DNA from: an uncultured Planctomycetia bacterium
GTDB taxonomy: Bacteria > Planctomycetota > MHYJ01 > CAYXQY01
DNA: 48,503 nt
Direction: 5' to 3'
NCBI GenBank assembly: GCA_964594615.1
Contig: CAZQNZ010000002.1
Location: forward strand, 1-48,503
The notes under the pieces were generated by a model. The model saw only the letters and a list, made by a program, of their open reading frames with translations, searched no databases and had not been told where the DNA came from. The position numbers were made by a program, and so were the translations under genes. This document shows positions 1 to 8,729 of this stretch, piece after piece. Within the stretch, counting starts at the first letter, position 1; the number at the start of each line of letters is the position of its first letter.

Positions 1-1200
1 GACCTGCCGCGGCCCGAAAAGATTGACCGCCGCCAGGAATGGCGGCGAAAGCAGCGAAAAGCGGTCCGAAACGTCATTCGCCCCTGGTGGATCAGGCGGA
101 TGCTTCGGACGGCCCATCCGCTTCAGGAGAAATTAACGCTCTTCTGGCACGGTCATTTCGCGACCTCGGCGCGAAAGGTGCGAAATGCCCATTACAACCT
201 GCAACTGAACCAGATTTTCCGTACCGGTGCGGCGGGCAACGTGCGAGAACTCACGCGAGCCGTCGGAAAATCACCGTGTATGCTCCGATACCTCGATAAT
301 TTCCGAAGTCGGAAGAAAAATCCGAACGAAAACTGGGCCCGGGAAGTACTCGAGCTGTTTACCATGGGGATCGGGAACTATACGGAAAAGGATATTAAGG
401 AGGGGGCGCGTGCCTTCACGGGATGGACGATTGAAAACGGATCCTACACCTTTCGCCCCGCGTGGCACGACGACGGTGACAAAACGTTCCTCGGCAAATC
501 CGGGTCGTTCGATGGAGACGAGGCCATCGACATCATTTTCGAGCAACCGGAAACCTCCCGGTTTATCGTTCGACAGCTCTGGGAATACTTCGTCTATCCG
601 TCCCCCGAGAAGGGCATTGTGAGGGAGCTTGCGGCGTTGCTTCGGCTGAACAACTACGAGCTTCGTCCCGTGCTGAAACAGATGTTTGCCTCCAAGGCGT
701 TTTACTCGGAACGGGCCCGGGGAACGCTGGTGAAAAGTCCTGTGCAGTTCGTCGTCGAGTTGTTTGGCGAAATGTACCACGAGCAAGACGGGGAACCGGA
801 TATTCAGCGTATGGATCAGCTCATGAAGCATCTGGGCCAGCGCCTCTTCTGGCCGCCGGACGTCAGCGGCTGGGACGGGAACCGGGGGTGGATTGACACC
901 AACAAACTGCTGGACCGCTACAACGCCATCAACACATTTGTGAATCGCGGTAACACCGATCCATACATCCAGGCTCATCTGGAGGAACTGGACGGACAGC
1001 CGCTGCGGAACATCATCGGTAAACTGGAAGCCATTCTGCTTCCCGTTACGCTGGACGACGAACAGCGGCGTGTCCTGGCAAATACGCTGGCCGGTACGAA
1101 CGACCTGAACAAATCCTTCAAACTGAAGGAAACGACGAAAAAACAGCGTCGATCATTCGCTCAACTCATGCTTTCCACGGCGGAATACCAACTCTGTTAG
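1..1200 (+). CDS. DUF1800 family protein, 5' end cut by the window edge
   Basis: Frame 1 is open from nt 1; DLPRPEKIDRRQEWRRKQRKAVRNVIRPWWIRRM precedes the track ORF 100..1200. The translation carries the DUF1800 blocks PLQEKLTLFWHGHFATS and NENWAREVLELFTMGIGNYTEKDIKEGARAFTGW. A DUF1501 gene, the usual partner, follows 9 nt later. Confidence 0.85.
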   Translation, partial: DLPRPEKIDRRQEWRRKQRKAVRNVIRPWWIRRMLRTAHPLQEKLTLFWHGHFATSARKVRNAHYNLQLNQIFRTGAAGNVRELTRAVGKSPCMLRYLDNFRSRKKNPNENWAREVLELFTMGIGNYTEKDIKEGARAFTGWTIENGSYTFRPAWHDDGDKTFLGKSGSFDGDEAIDIIFEQPETSRFIVRQLWEYFVYPSPEKGIVRELAALLRLNNYELRPVLKQMFASKAFYSERARGTLVKSPVQFVVELFGEMYHEQDGEPDIQRMDQLMKHLGQRLFWPPDVSGWDGNRGWIDTNKLLDRYNAINTFVNRGNTDPYIQAHLEELDGQPLRNIIGKLEAILLPVTLDDEQRRVLANTLAGTNDLNKSFKLKETTKKQRRSFAQLMLSTAEYQLC

Positions 1201-1209
1201 AGGTGTAAC

Positions 1210-2484
1210 ATGAGCAACAATCAGCGTTACATGTACACGCGCCGGGAGTTCCTTGAGACGATGGCCGTGTCCAGTGCGGGGATGACCCTGCCGTCTTTTC
1301 TTGGCGGTTCGGTCGCACGAATTCTCGCGGGAGAAGACGGTGGATCGTCCATCCCCGGATTCCGGGACAACAATGTACTGGTCGTGGTCCAGCTCAGCGG
1401 GGGAAACGATGGATTAAACATGGTGGTTCCCTACGGGGACGACAACTACCACAAAGCGCGGCCCAGTATCGGCGTCGATCCGTCGAACGTGCTGAAACTC
1501 AACGACTACCTCGGCCTCCACAAGCGTTGCTCGGCCTTCAAAGAACTCTACGACCGGGGCCTGGTCTCCATCATAAACGGGGTCGGCTATCCCAACCCGA
1601 ATCGATCCCACTTTCGATCCATGAAGATCTGGCATTCCGGCAACAGCGACGGCGACGTGTCCGATTACGGGTGGATCGGACGGTACCACGACAACTGCTG
1701 TGACGGCCGCGGCGGCACGAATCCCGCGGCGGAGGTGAACATCGGAGGATCCCTCCCACTCGCCATGAAATCGGAACGTGGTTACGGCATCACCTTCAAC
1801 AAGCCCGAACAGTACCGCTGGAGGTCCGGCAAGCACGGTCCCTCAACGGAGGAACTGAAACAGGTCAATAAACTGTCGTCCAGCTCCAGCGATTCGGATG
1901 AGCCGGTCGACTTTCTGCGCCACACCACTTCCCGTATCGCGATGAGCACGTCCGAGGTGCAGTCCGCCATTTCAAAGAAACGAAAGACCCCCGGTTACCC
2001 GGACAATGGCTTCGCAAATGACCTCAAGCGTGTCGCTTCGTTGATCGGCGGTGGGTTGCCCACCCGCGTGTACTACGTGTCGATGGGTGGATTTGATACG
2101 CATTCCGGGCAGCGGGGCCAGCACGAGAACCTGATGGAAAAATACAGCGAAGCCATGCTCTCCTTCCAGGAAGATCTCAAGATGCATGGCCTGGACGATC
2201 GCGTTCTGACCCTGACCTTCTCTGAATTCGGCCGTCGTGTGGAGGAGAACGCCAGCAATGGAACCGACCACGGTAAGGCTGGACCGATGTTTCTCGTCGG
2301 GAAACCGGCCCAGGCCGGTATTCAATCCGACCACCCCGACCTGTCCGACCTGGATAACGGCGACCTGAAACACACCGTCGACTTCCGTTCGGTCTACGCC
2401 ACGGTGCTGGAACACTGGTTCTCTGCCGATGCGAAACAGGTGCTGGGCCAGACATTCGACACGCACGATCTGATCAAAACCTGA
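1210..2484 (+). CDS. DUF1501 family protein (sulfatase-like fold, Tat-type signal)
   Basis: 424-aa ORF. N-terminus YTRREFLETMAVSSAGMTLPSFLGG looks like a twin-arginine signal. Family blocks VVVQLSGGNDGLN, GYPNPNRSHF, MGGFDTHSGQ and NGTDHGKAGPMF are present. Tightly follows the DUF1800 gene. Confidence 0.9.
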   Translation: MSNNQRYMYTRREFLETMAVSSAGMTLPSFLGGSVARILAGEDGGSSIPGFRDNNVLVVVQLSGGNDGLNMVVPYGDDNYHKARPSIGVDPSNVLKLNDYLGLHKRCSAFKELYDRGLVSIINGVGYPNPNRSHFRSMKIWHSGNSDGDVSDYGWIGRYHDNCCDGRGGTNPAAEVNIGGSLPLAMKSERGYGITFNKPEQYRWRSGKHGPSTEELKQVNKLSSSSSDSDEPVDFLRHTTSRIAMSTSEVQSAISKKRKTPGYPDNGFANDLKRVASLIGGGLPTRVYYVSMGGFDTHSGQRGQHENLMEKYSEAMLSFQEDLKMHGLDDRVLTLTFSEFGRRVEENASNGTDHGKAGPMFLVGKPAQAGIQSDHPDLSDLDNGDLKHTVDFRSVYATVLEHWFSADAKQVLGQTFDTHDLIKT

Positions 2485-2570
2485 TCTTCCGGCAACTGAG
2501 CCGGATCATGTATCAGTGCAGGAGATGAACAAATGTGACATCCACTCTCCAGGTCTAATTTTTCATCTTC

Positions 2571-2834
2571 CATCTGCGTTTATCCGCGTGTATCCGCGGT
2601 TCTCCAACATTCCTTAACAAAAATTTGAACCGCAGATGAACACAGATATACGCTGATCTTTCACACCATCAAGGAGGATGTCATGAATGCACGCTCATGC
2701 AGAGCCCCTGCCTGATTGGTATCCACTGACACGCCTCCAGACCGTGGGTGCCGGCAGAGTGAGGATGTTATCTACGTTAGTTCATCTAATTTAAAATTTT
2801 TATCTGCGTATATCCGCGTCCATCTGCGGTTCTC
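2571..2834. repeat. Three clusters of three 10-bp-phased ATCYGCG boxes (2571-2604 direct, 2627-2657 inverted, 2801-2834 direct)
   Basis: Read directly. Cluster 1 is CATCTGCGTT TATCCGCGTG TATCCGCGGT TCTC. Cluster 2 is GAACCGCAGATGAACACAGATATACGCTGAT, the reverse complement of the same array type. Cluster 3 is TATCTGCGTA TATCCGCGTC CATCTGCGGT TCTC. Clusters 1 and 3 are both preceded by TCTAATTT plus an A/T run. Confidence 0.6.
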
Positions 2835-2857
2835 TTATAGAAAACCGACCTGAACGA

Positions 2858-4850
2858 CTACTGCTGTTCCATGATGGTTCGGATTTCATCCGTATGCAGG
2901 GCCCGTCCATACACGTATACCTCGTCCATCCATCCGTGAAACGGGGTCTCCACATGGAACGTGTTGCCGATGGTCACGGGACTGCTTGCTCGAACGAGTG
3001 ATTGTTTCCAGGCGGACCATTTCTTCACCACCTCGCCGTTCAGGTACAGCCACGTCGGCTTTTCTCGTTCGGTGCTGTAGGTCAGGGCGAGGTGGTACCA
3101 TCTGTCATTTTCGATGCCGGCGTCGTACGTCGCTTTGCCGTTTTTGGTCGGGGTCTGCATGAACACGTCGATGCTGGAGCCGCTTGTTCCAATCTCCAGG
3201 TTGTCATTGGACGTATCCGCTCCCTGGCTGAAGAGGACGTTTCCCGTTCCGTGATTGGTGGTTCCGTTTCGATCGTTCGTCCGTCGAAACCAGAACGCGA
3301 CGGTAAAGGATTCGGCCTCCTGCAATGGATCGATGGGACCGAAATTTACCGCGTTCTTTTTGTTCCCCTCATGGCCGTTGAACGCAAACGCCCCTCCGAT
3401 ACCGTTTCCGGATGCAAAACCGGCTCCTTGCGTGAGTTGACCGTCACGTCCATGCGTTGACTGATCCGTTGCGTTCCCGTTACCACGCGCCAGCAGAAGC
3501 AAGTTTTCACGACTGTGCGGTCGATGCCCTATCGCCTCCCTGAGTCCATCTTTCTCCAGTGTGCGACCGTACACCAGCACCTCGTCGATCCAGCCGGTAA
3601 ACGGCGCTTCCCGTTTGATGCTGTTGCCCATGGAAAGTGTTTTGGACTCCTCGTCCACGGGAAGACCTCCCTCGGGTGTTTTCCATCTTGCGACATTCGT
3701 GCCGTCAAGGTACAGCCATGCCTGATGGTCCCGCCGGGGGTCGCAGGTCAGTGCCAGGTGATACCACCGGCCGGTTCGCACGTGTCCGTCCCAGCGTAAG
3801 GTTTTCCCGCCCTCTTCATGATTCAGGTGAACCCGCACCGCCGAGCCGACGGAAGCAATTCGTAGGGCTTCCGCTCCATCCGGGGTTCCGTAACTTGCCA
3901 GCACCTGTTCGGATGCCTGCTCACCTGCATCTCCATGCGGCCCGCGACGGAACCAGAAGGACAGCGTGTATCGTCCGTGATCCCCGATTACACCGTTTGC
4001 CGGGAACTGTACGGCGTTCGGTTGGTCCGTTGATCCAGCGAACGCAAACGCACCGTCTTTCCCCAGGAACTCACGGACGGAGGCACCTTCGGTGACTTCG
4101 CCGTGACGCCGGTAACCGGAACGATCCCGCGACGTGCCGTCTCCGGGAGCGATCAGGGTGGCTTGATCAGTGGAATAAGAACCCTTCCCACGGGCAAATG
4201 GAGGAGCACCCGGTAATGAACGCATCTCCTCTCGATCCAGCACACGATCGTACACAACGACCTCATCCAGCCACCCGGAGAACGGTGCTTCTTGATGGAA
4301 CGTATTCCCGATGGTGACCGGACTCTTCGCCTGCCGGAGCGGGCCGTCGGCGGACCATCTCGTCACGCGCTGGCCGTTGAGGTACAACCATGCTTCACGG
4401 TTCCGGCTACTGTCAAACGTCATCGCAAGGTGGTTCCATGTCCCATTCTGAACCTGTCCGTTCGAGGAGGCACGTAGCCCTCCGGATTCCGTATCCAGCA
4501 TCACCTCCACGCTGGAGCCATCCGTACCGATCTCAATGTTGTCATTGGCCCCATCGCTTCCCTGGCTGAACATGATGTTGCTCGTGCCGTGGTTCGAATC
4601 GGCGTCGAGGTCTTCCCGACGACGAAACCAGAACCCCACCGTGAAAGATTTAGCCGTTTGAAGGGGGGTAATCTGGCCGAAATTGATGGCATTTGCCTGA
4701 TCCCCGGTCCGCCCGGTAAAGGAATAAGCCCCTCCCTTTCCTCTGCTGCTATCAACGCCTGCTCCATCCAGAGCGGTCCCTTTACGGTTGTGCGGCGACG
4801 TATCCTGAACGTTTCCGCTTGCTCGACCGAGCAGCAACAATTGTTGTTCG
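2858..4850 (-). repeat. Intragenic tandem repeat: three ~650-nt LamG-module coding units
   Basis: Module boundaries are read from the recurring linker motif: QQLLLLGRASGN near 4850, ATLIAPGDG near 4160, ENLLLLARGNGN near 3510. The first and third units are also recognisably similar at DNA level around the ...LDEV.VY... block. Confidence 0.7.
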
Positions 4851-6340
4851 GCCACCCGTTCACGAAACACGGGCAGTTCGACCGGCCGATCCATCGTGTT
4901 CCCCGCTTTCGACCGATCGGTCAGGTTTGAGACCGTCACCTGATCCACTGCACCGTCTTTCCCGTCATCGGGCGTAACCTGAAGTTGAACAACGTACCCC
5001 TCCTGTATCAACTGTGCGTTCCGGACGGTATGGTTTTTGATCCGATAATGATCCGCGTTTTCGGCGGATGCGGGTGTGAGCGGCTCCTGCGCATGAATGC
5101 GTACCTTCTTCTCCTCAATCATGCGCGCCGAACGCAGGATGGGCGGCGACGTATCCGGTTTGATCCGTATGGTGGCCCGGACCGGATCGCTTTTCCCCTT
5201 CGGATCCTCCATCCGCCACTGAAATGAGATCGTCTCCGTGTAACCGGGTTCGGCATGAAATTGAAACCGCCGCTTTCCCAGCCGCTTGAGGGTCCCGTGC
5301 TCCGGCTTGTCGACCAGGACAACGCGATGCCCGATGCGAAGGTCGTCCGGATCGGTCGCGGGAAACCGGAGCTCAATCGAGTGTCCTTCCCTGCACCGGC
5401 GGGTCAGCGAGTGCGGATCGGGCGGCTGGTTACTGGTTTTGACGGAGTTGAGAACTCCCTGTATCGCAGCCTGCAGCGCGGGAGGCGCCTCCCGTCCCAT
5501 CCTGACAAGGGGTTGCACACTGCTGGAGGCCGCCTCCCCGCCCCGGCTCAGCAGTTCCACGGATCGTTTCCGCACCGCCATCGTCTCGTCGGTATCCTTC
5601 ACCAGCTTCAGTAACTGATCGACCACGGTACTCAGGGGTTGATCGGTCGACTCCAGTACGTCCAGCGTCGATGTTTTGATATACGGATCCGCACTCAGCA
5701 GAGCGGGACCGAGCGCATTGATTTTGCTCCTTCCCTTCCCGCAGCTCCGGATCGCGGAAAATGCGTTTCGACGCAGGATGGACGAGGAATGTGTGAGAAA
5801 CGGAGACATGTGCGGAACGGCGTCGGAGGCGGCCGTTCCCATCTTCTCCAGCGTGTCGAGCGTCGTTCGAGCGATTGACCGTTGTCCGCTGTTTAGTTCG
5901 TCGATCAAGGCATCCACGGCCTGTCCGGCCTCCGGACCGATGGTCCCCAGCAAACGGATGATCCGCAACCGGCCGGTGCGGCTCCCCCTCGAACGGGCTT
6001 GTTCAAGTTTCTGAATCAGTACGGAAACAACCTCCCCCGGACGTTCTCTGCCCGTTTTCTCCAGCAACTTTCCCGCACGAAGCCCCAATGACCAGCGGTC
6101 CCCCAGATAAACGCCTACGAGCTGGGGAACGAAGGACGACCGCAATTTTGTGGGCCCGCTTTCAAGCTGTTTGATCGCAGCGTCCGGCTGATCGTTGAAT
6201 GCCTGTTTGATGTTCTTGCGTTCCTGAGCAGGAGCGCCGATGGACGACCCGACCAGGACACATGTGAGTACCCAGATCAGAAAGAGGCGTGACTCTCTAC
6301 AATGAACGGGCATATATCCCCGGAACCAACATATCTCCAA
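2858..6340 (-). CDS. Large exported protein: signal peptide, HEAT-like repeats, Ig-like domains, three LamG (concanavalin-A-like) modules
   Basis: 1160-aa ORF. The hydrophobic N-terminus LFLIWVLTCVLVGSSIGAPAQE suggests the true start may be the ATG at 6313 (MPVHC...). HEAT-like helices are present (RIIRLLGTIGPEAGQAVDALIDEL ...). Three repeats share the LamG_3-type signature FTVGFWFRR..WNHLAMTFD..AWLYLNGQ..IGN..PFSGWLDEVVVYDRVL. The other two copies read YTLSFWFRR..WYHLALTCD..PFTGWIDEVLVYGRTL and FTVAFWFRR..WYHLALTYS..PFHGWMDEVYVYGRAL. Confidence 0.85.
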   Translation of the reverse strand: MEICWFRGYMPVHCRESRLFLIWVLTCVLVGSSIGAPAQERKNIKQAFNDQPDAAIKQLESGPTKLRSSFVPQLVGVYLGDRWSLGLRAGKLLEKTGRERPGEVVSVLIQKLEQARSRGSRTGRLRIIRLLGTIGPEAGQAVDALIDELNSGQRSIARTTLDTLEKMGTAASDAVPHMSPFLTHSSSILRRNAFSAIRSCGKGRSKINALGPALLSADPYIKTSTLDVLESTDQPLSTVVDQLLKLVKDTDETMAVRKRSVELLSRGGEAASSSVQPLVRMGREAPPALQAAIQGVLNSVKTSNQPPDPHSLTRRCREGHSIELRFPATDPDDLRIGHRVVLVDKPEHGTLKRLGKRRFQFHAEPGYTETISFQWRMEDPKGKSDPVRATIRIKPDTSPPILRSARMIEEKKVRIHAQEPLTPASAENADHYRIKNHTVRNAQLIQEGYVVQLQVTPDDGKDGAVDQVTVSNLTDRSKAGNTMDRPVELPVFRERVAEQQLLLLGRASGNVQDTSPHNRKGTALDGAGVDSSRGKGGAYSFTGRTGDQANAINFGQITPLQTAKSFTVGFWFRRREDLDADSNHGTSNIMFSQGSDGANDNIEIGTDGSSVEVMLDTESGGLRASSNGQVQNGTWNHLAMTFDSSRNREAWLYLNGQRVTRWSADGPLRQAKSPVTIGNTFHQEAPFSGWLDEVVVYDRVLDREEMRSLPGAPPFARGKGSYSTDQATLIAPGDGTSRDRSGYRRHGEVTEGASVREFLGKDGAFAFAGSTDQPNAVQFPANGVIGDHGRYTLSFWFRRGPHGDAGEQASEQVLASYGTPDGAEALRIASVGSAVRVHLNHEEGGKTLRWDGHVRTGRWYHLALTCDPRRDHQAWLYLDGTNVARWKTPEGGLPVDEESKTLSMGNSIKREAPFTGWIDEVLVYGRTLEKDGLREAIGHRPHSRENLLLLARGNGNATDQSTHGRDGQLTQGAGFASGNGIGGAFAFNGHEGNKKNAVNFGPIDPLQEAESFTVAFWFRRTNDRNGTTNHGTGNVLFSQGADTSNDNLEIGTSGSSIDVFMQTPTKNGKATYDAGIENDRWYHLALTYSTEREKPTWLYLNGEVVKKWSAWKQSLVRASSPVTIGNTFHVETPFHGWMDEVYVYGRALHTDEIRTIMEQQ

Positions 6341-6583
6341 AGCAGGCGAAGTCGTATTTTAGCAGAAACGGAACATACTGGAAATGAGAGCGGCACTGTG
6401 GGTGAAGCACGTGTGATGGGATTCGATCAGGATACCTGCACGGCAATATGGTGTTCGTTCGTACAGGTTCTGGTCGCTGTTGATCCTGCGCTTGTTTGCG
6501 GGTGGGTGGTTCCATCCGGATTTTGTTTCGAACTCGCTCCCTCACGGTCGCGGCTTCCCTCCTTCTTTCGACCGGAAACGAAT

Positions 6584-7846
6584 TTATGCCTGGTCCTGCC
6601 AGCAGCGGGCCTCGGTCACATGCTCACAAAATTTACAGCGGAGGTCCCGTTCGTCCTCTTCGTGTCTCGGTAGTTCCGAAACGGGCCCGTTACAGATCAG
6701 ATCATCGCTGGAAGAGATCGACTTGTGCAGTGGCTCGGGAAGATTCAACTGCGAAAACACGTTGTCCGACAGGGCCCGGATAAACGAGGGGTGGCTGTTT
6801 AACCCATCCGTGACTTCAAACTGTTCAATACCGGCTTCCTCGGCCTCTTCTCGAATCTCGATATCGAGCTCAAAGCTGGTTTCCACGTGGTCGGTGACGA
6901 ACGCAATGGGAATGACCAGCACGTTCCGCACCCCTTCCTCAGCAAGTTCTTCCAGCTTGTCGGGGGTGGACGGCGAGAACCATTCGGCGGGACCGACCTT
7001 GGACTGAAAGGCCACGTGAAAGGGTCGATCATGTCCGCGCATTTTCATCAACTGGTCCACCGAGGAGTGAATCAGACAACAGTATGGATCCCCCCGATCA
7101 CTCATTTCATACACCGGGGTGCCGTGAGCGCTAAACACCAGCGGCACGTCCTCCCGAACCGACTCATCGAAGCGCTGAAGGCCCTCGTCGATGCGATCAC
7201 TGACGGCCTGAAGGTAATGCGGGTTGGCCGCGTATTCCTGCACGAAGGTCGTGGGCCACTCCGGCATTTCCCCCTGATCTTCCAGTAATTTCCAGTAGAA
7301 CAGGGACGAGCCCGTCGTGGTTTTCGAATATTGTGGATACAGCGGGAGCAACACCACTTTGTCGACATCCTCCTCGACCATCTGCTCAGCGGCCTCTTCG
7401 CTGAACGGCTTCCAGTAGCGCATCGCCACGTATGTGCTGAACCTCGGCCCGTTTTCGTCCCCGACAAATTTGTTCAGTTCCGATTCGAGCCGTTCCGACT
7501 GCTCCTGAGTCAAATCGTTGATGGGGGACCCGCCGCCGATCGCTTCGTACTCTTCTTTCTTGGCATCGGATCGGAAGTAAGAGATCGTGCTGCATAACCA
7601 GTGTCGCAGCAATCCCGGCAGGGGCACATTGATCAGAGGAATCTGAAGATCAATAATGGCCGGATCCATAAACAGGTTATAGAGAAACGGCTTGATGGTG
7701 TCCAGCGAGTCCGGACCGCCCATGTTCATCAACACGACGCCGACGTGATCGTCCTCATTTACGTCCAGGGGCTCGTCGGGAAAGAACTCTCCCGTAACCA
7801 TCCGTTCGTCGAATTCATAATGTGCCAGTACGTCCCGTGGTGTCAT
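6584..7846 (-). CDS. hemH: Ferrochelatase with Cys-rich C-terminal extension
   Basis: 420-aa ORF. VGVVLMNMGGPDSLDTIKPFLYNLFMDPAIIDL, VVLLPLYPQYSKTTTGSS, VFSAHGTP and IPIAFVTDHVETSFELDIE are classic ferrochelatase blocks. The C-terminal tail carries four Cys residues. Confidence 0.9.
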   Translation of the reverse strand: MTPRDVLAHYEFDERMVTGEFFPDEPLDVNEDDHVGVVLMNMGGPDSLDTIKPFLYNLFMDPAIIDLQIPLINVPLPGLLRHWLCSTISYFRSDAKKEEYEAIGGGSPINDLTQEQSERLESELNKFVGDENGPRFSTYVAMRYWKPFSEEAAEQMVEEDVDKVVLLPLYPQYSKTTTGSSLFYWKLLEDQGEMPEWPTTFVQEYAANPHYLQAVSDRIDEGLQRFDESVREDVPLVFSAHGTPVYEMSDRGDPYCCLIHSSVDQLMKMRGHDRPFHVAFQSKVGPAEWFSPSTPDKLEELAEEGVRNVLVIPIAFVTDHVETSFELDIEIREEAEEAGIEQFEVTDGLNSHPSFIRALSDNVFSQLNLPEPLHKSISSSDDLICNGPVSELPRHEEDERDLRCKFCEHVTEARCWQDQA

Positions 7847-8018
7847 GACTGAAATGTCGGGTTCTGAATCCGAAAGGAAGGCGAATGTATCTTCCAGCGG
7901 TGGGCGGCTTGAAGGAATATGTATTTTAACGGATCGTATCCTGCATTATCAGACGAACGTTGAAGCACCCTCTCCACACGATGAGATCAAACGAGCAGAT
8001 TCATGACAACGAGTTCGG

Positions 8019-8570
8019 TCAGCATGATGAATTGGATGCCTGCCTGTCAAGCAGCAGGTCGCTGTAGGAGGCGGAGACAAGCTGATCACGATGAATGCTC
8101 AGCTGCTCCATGTACGTCTGACACTGATCCCTCAGTTCCTCTGTAGTGAAGTCGCCGGTTTCATCGATGGCTTCGATCTCGACAAATGAACCGAGTCCAT
8201 CCACCTCGTCGATATGGAATTTGACGTTGTCAATAAAATAGATTTCCCGACGTTTCTCCACCACCACCCGGACACCGAGTGCCGCCTTGAGCAACGGTTT
8301 CAGACCGGAATCCGGTTCCGTTTCTTGCAGGTAAATATCCGCTTCCTTCGGAGCCGATTGATCCGGCCGCTCGTAATAGATGAGGTTGTTCTCAATATCA
8401 CCCTCCCGCAGCTTCAGGCGTCCATTCTGGACACGAAAATACGTGTCCCTCTGATGATCGACGCCGATTTCCTCGGGATCCAGCTCAAGGAGTGCTGACC
8501 GAACCTTGCCCGGATTTGAACAGCGTGCTTTCAGTTCAACGTTTTTATGCATTTGATCACGGGTGAACAC
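8019..8570 (-). CDS. CYTH-domain protein (class IV adenylate cyclase / CyaB-like)
   Basis: 183-aa ORF. NVELKAR..HQRDTYF..GRLKLREGD..LIYYERPD..VVVEKRREIYFIDNVKFHIDEVDGLGSFVEIEA follows the CYTH/CyaB pattern. An alternative in-frame ATG lies at 8552. Confidence 0.75.
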   Translation of the reverse strand: MFTRDQMHKNVELKARCSNPGKVRSALLELDPEEIGVDHQRDTYFRVQNGRLKLREGDIENNLIYYERPDQSAPKEADIYLQETEPDSGLKPLLKAALGVRVVVEKRREIYFIDNVKFHIDEVDGLGSFVEIEAIDETGDFTTEELRDQCQTYMEQLSIHRDQLVSASYSDLLLDRQASNSSC

Positions 8571-8648
8571 ATCTGATACATGAACCGATCGGGTACGATG
8601 ATATCAGATCTGACAGCTTCACCTCCAGCCTCCCGGCTGCCCACCCCG

Positions 8649-8677
8649 TTGACTTTCACCCGCCTGACTTCTACGAT
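8649..8677 (+). promoter_or_regulatory. Candidate sigma70-type promoter for the M48 peptidase gene
   Basis: TTGACT (8649-8654), 17-nt spacer, TACGAT (8672-8677), 52 nt upstream of the ATG at 8730. Sequence match only. Confidence 0.3.
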
Positions 8678-8729
8678 GCCTTCCGGTTATTTCACGGTCC
8701 TTTAATGGATTCATCCCCGTCTTCCTCTA

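Noticed and set aside
271-978. 235-aa minus-strand ORF
   Set aside because: It is antisense to the DUF1800 gene and has no recognisable motif, so it is a shadow ORF.
2683-2715. 10-codon ORF (MNARSCRAPA) 5 nt downstream of a strong AAGGAGG at 2671-2677
   Set aside because: It is too short to support from sequence alone. It lies between the box clusters and may be fortuitous. It would need ribosome profiling to be taken seriously.
2571-2834. Possible CRISPR array or ordinary terminator hairpins
   Set aside because: The repeat unit is only 10 bp, is directly abutted with no spacers, and occurs in both orientations, so it is not a CRISPR array. No T-run follows any stem, so it is not a standard intrinsic terminator either. 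It is kept as a finding of unknown function.
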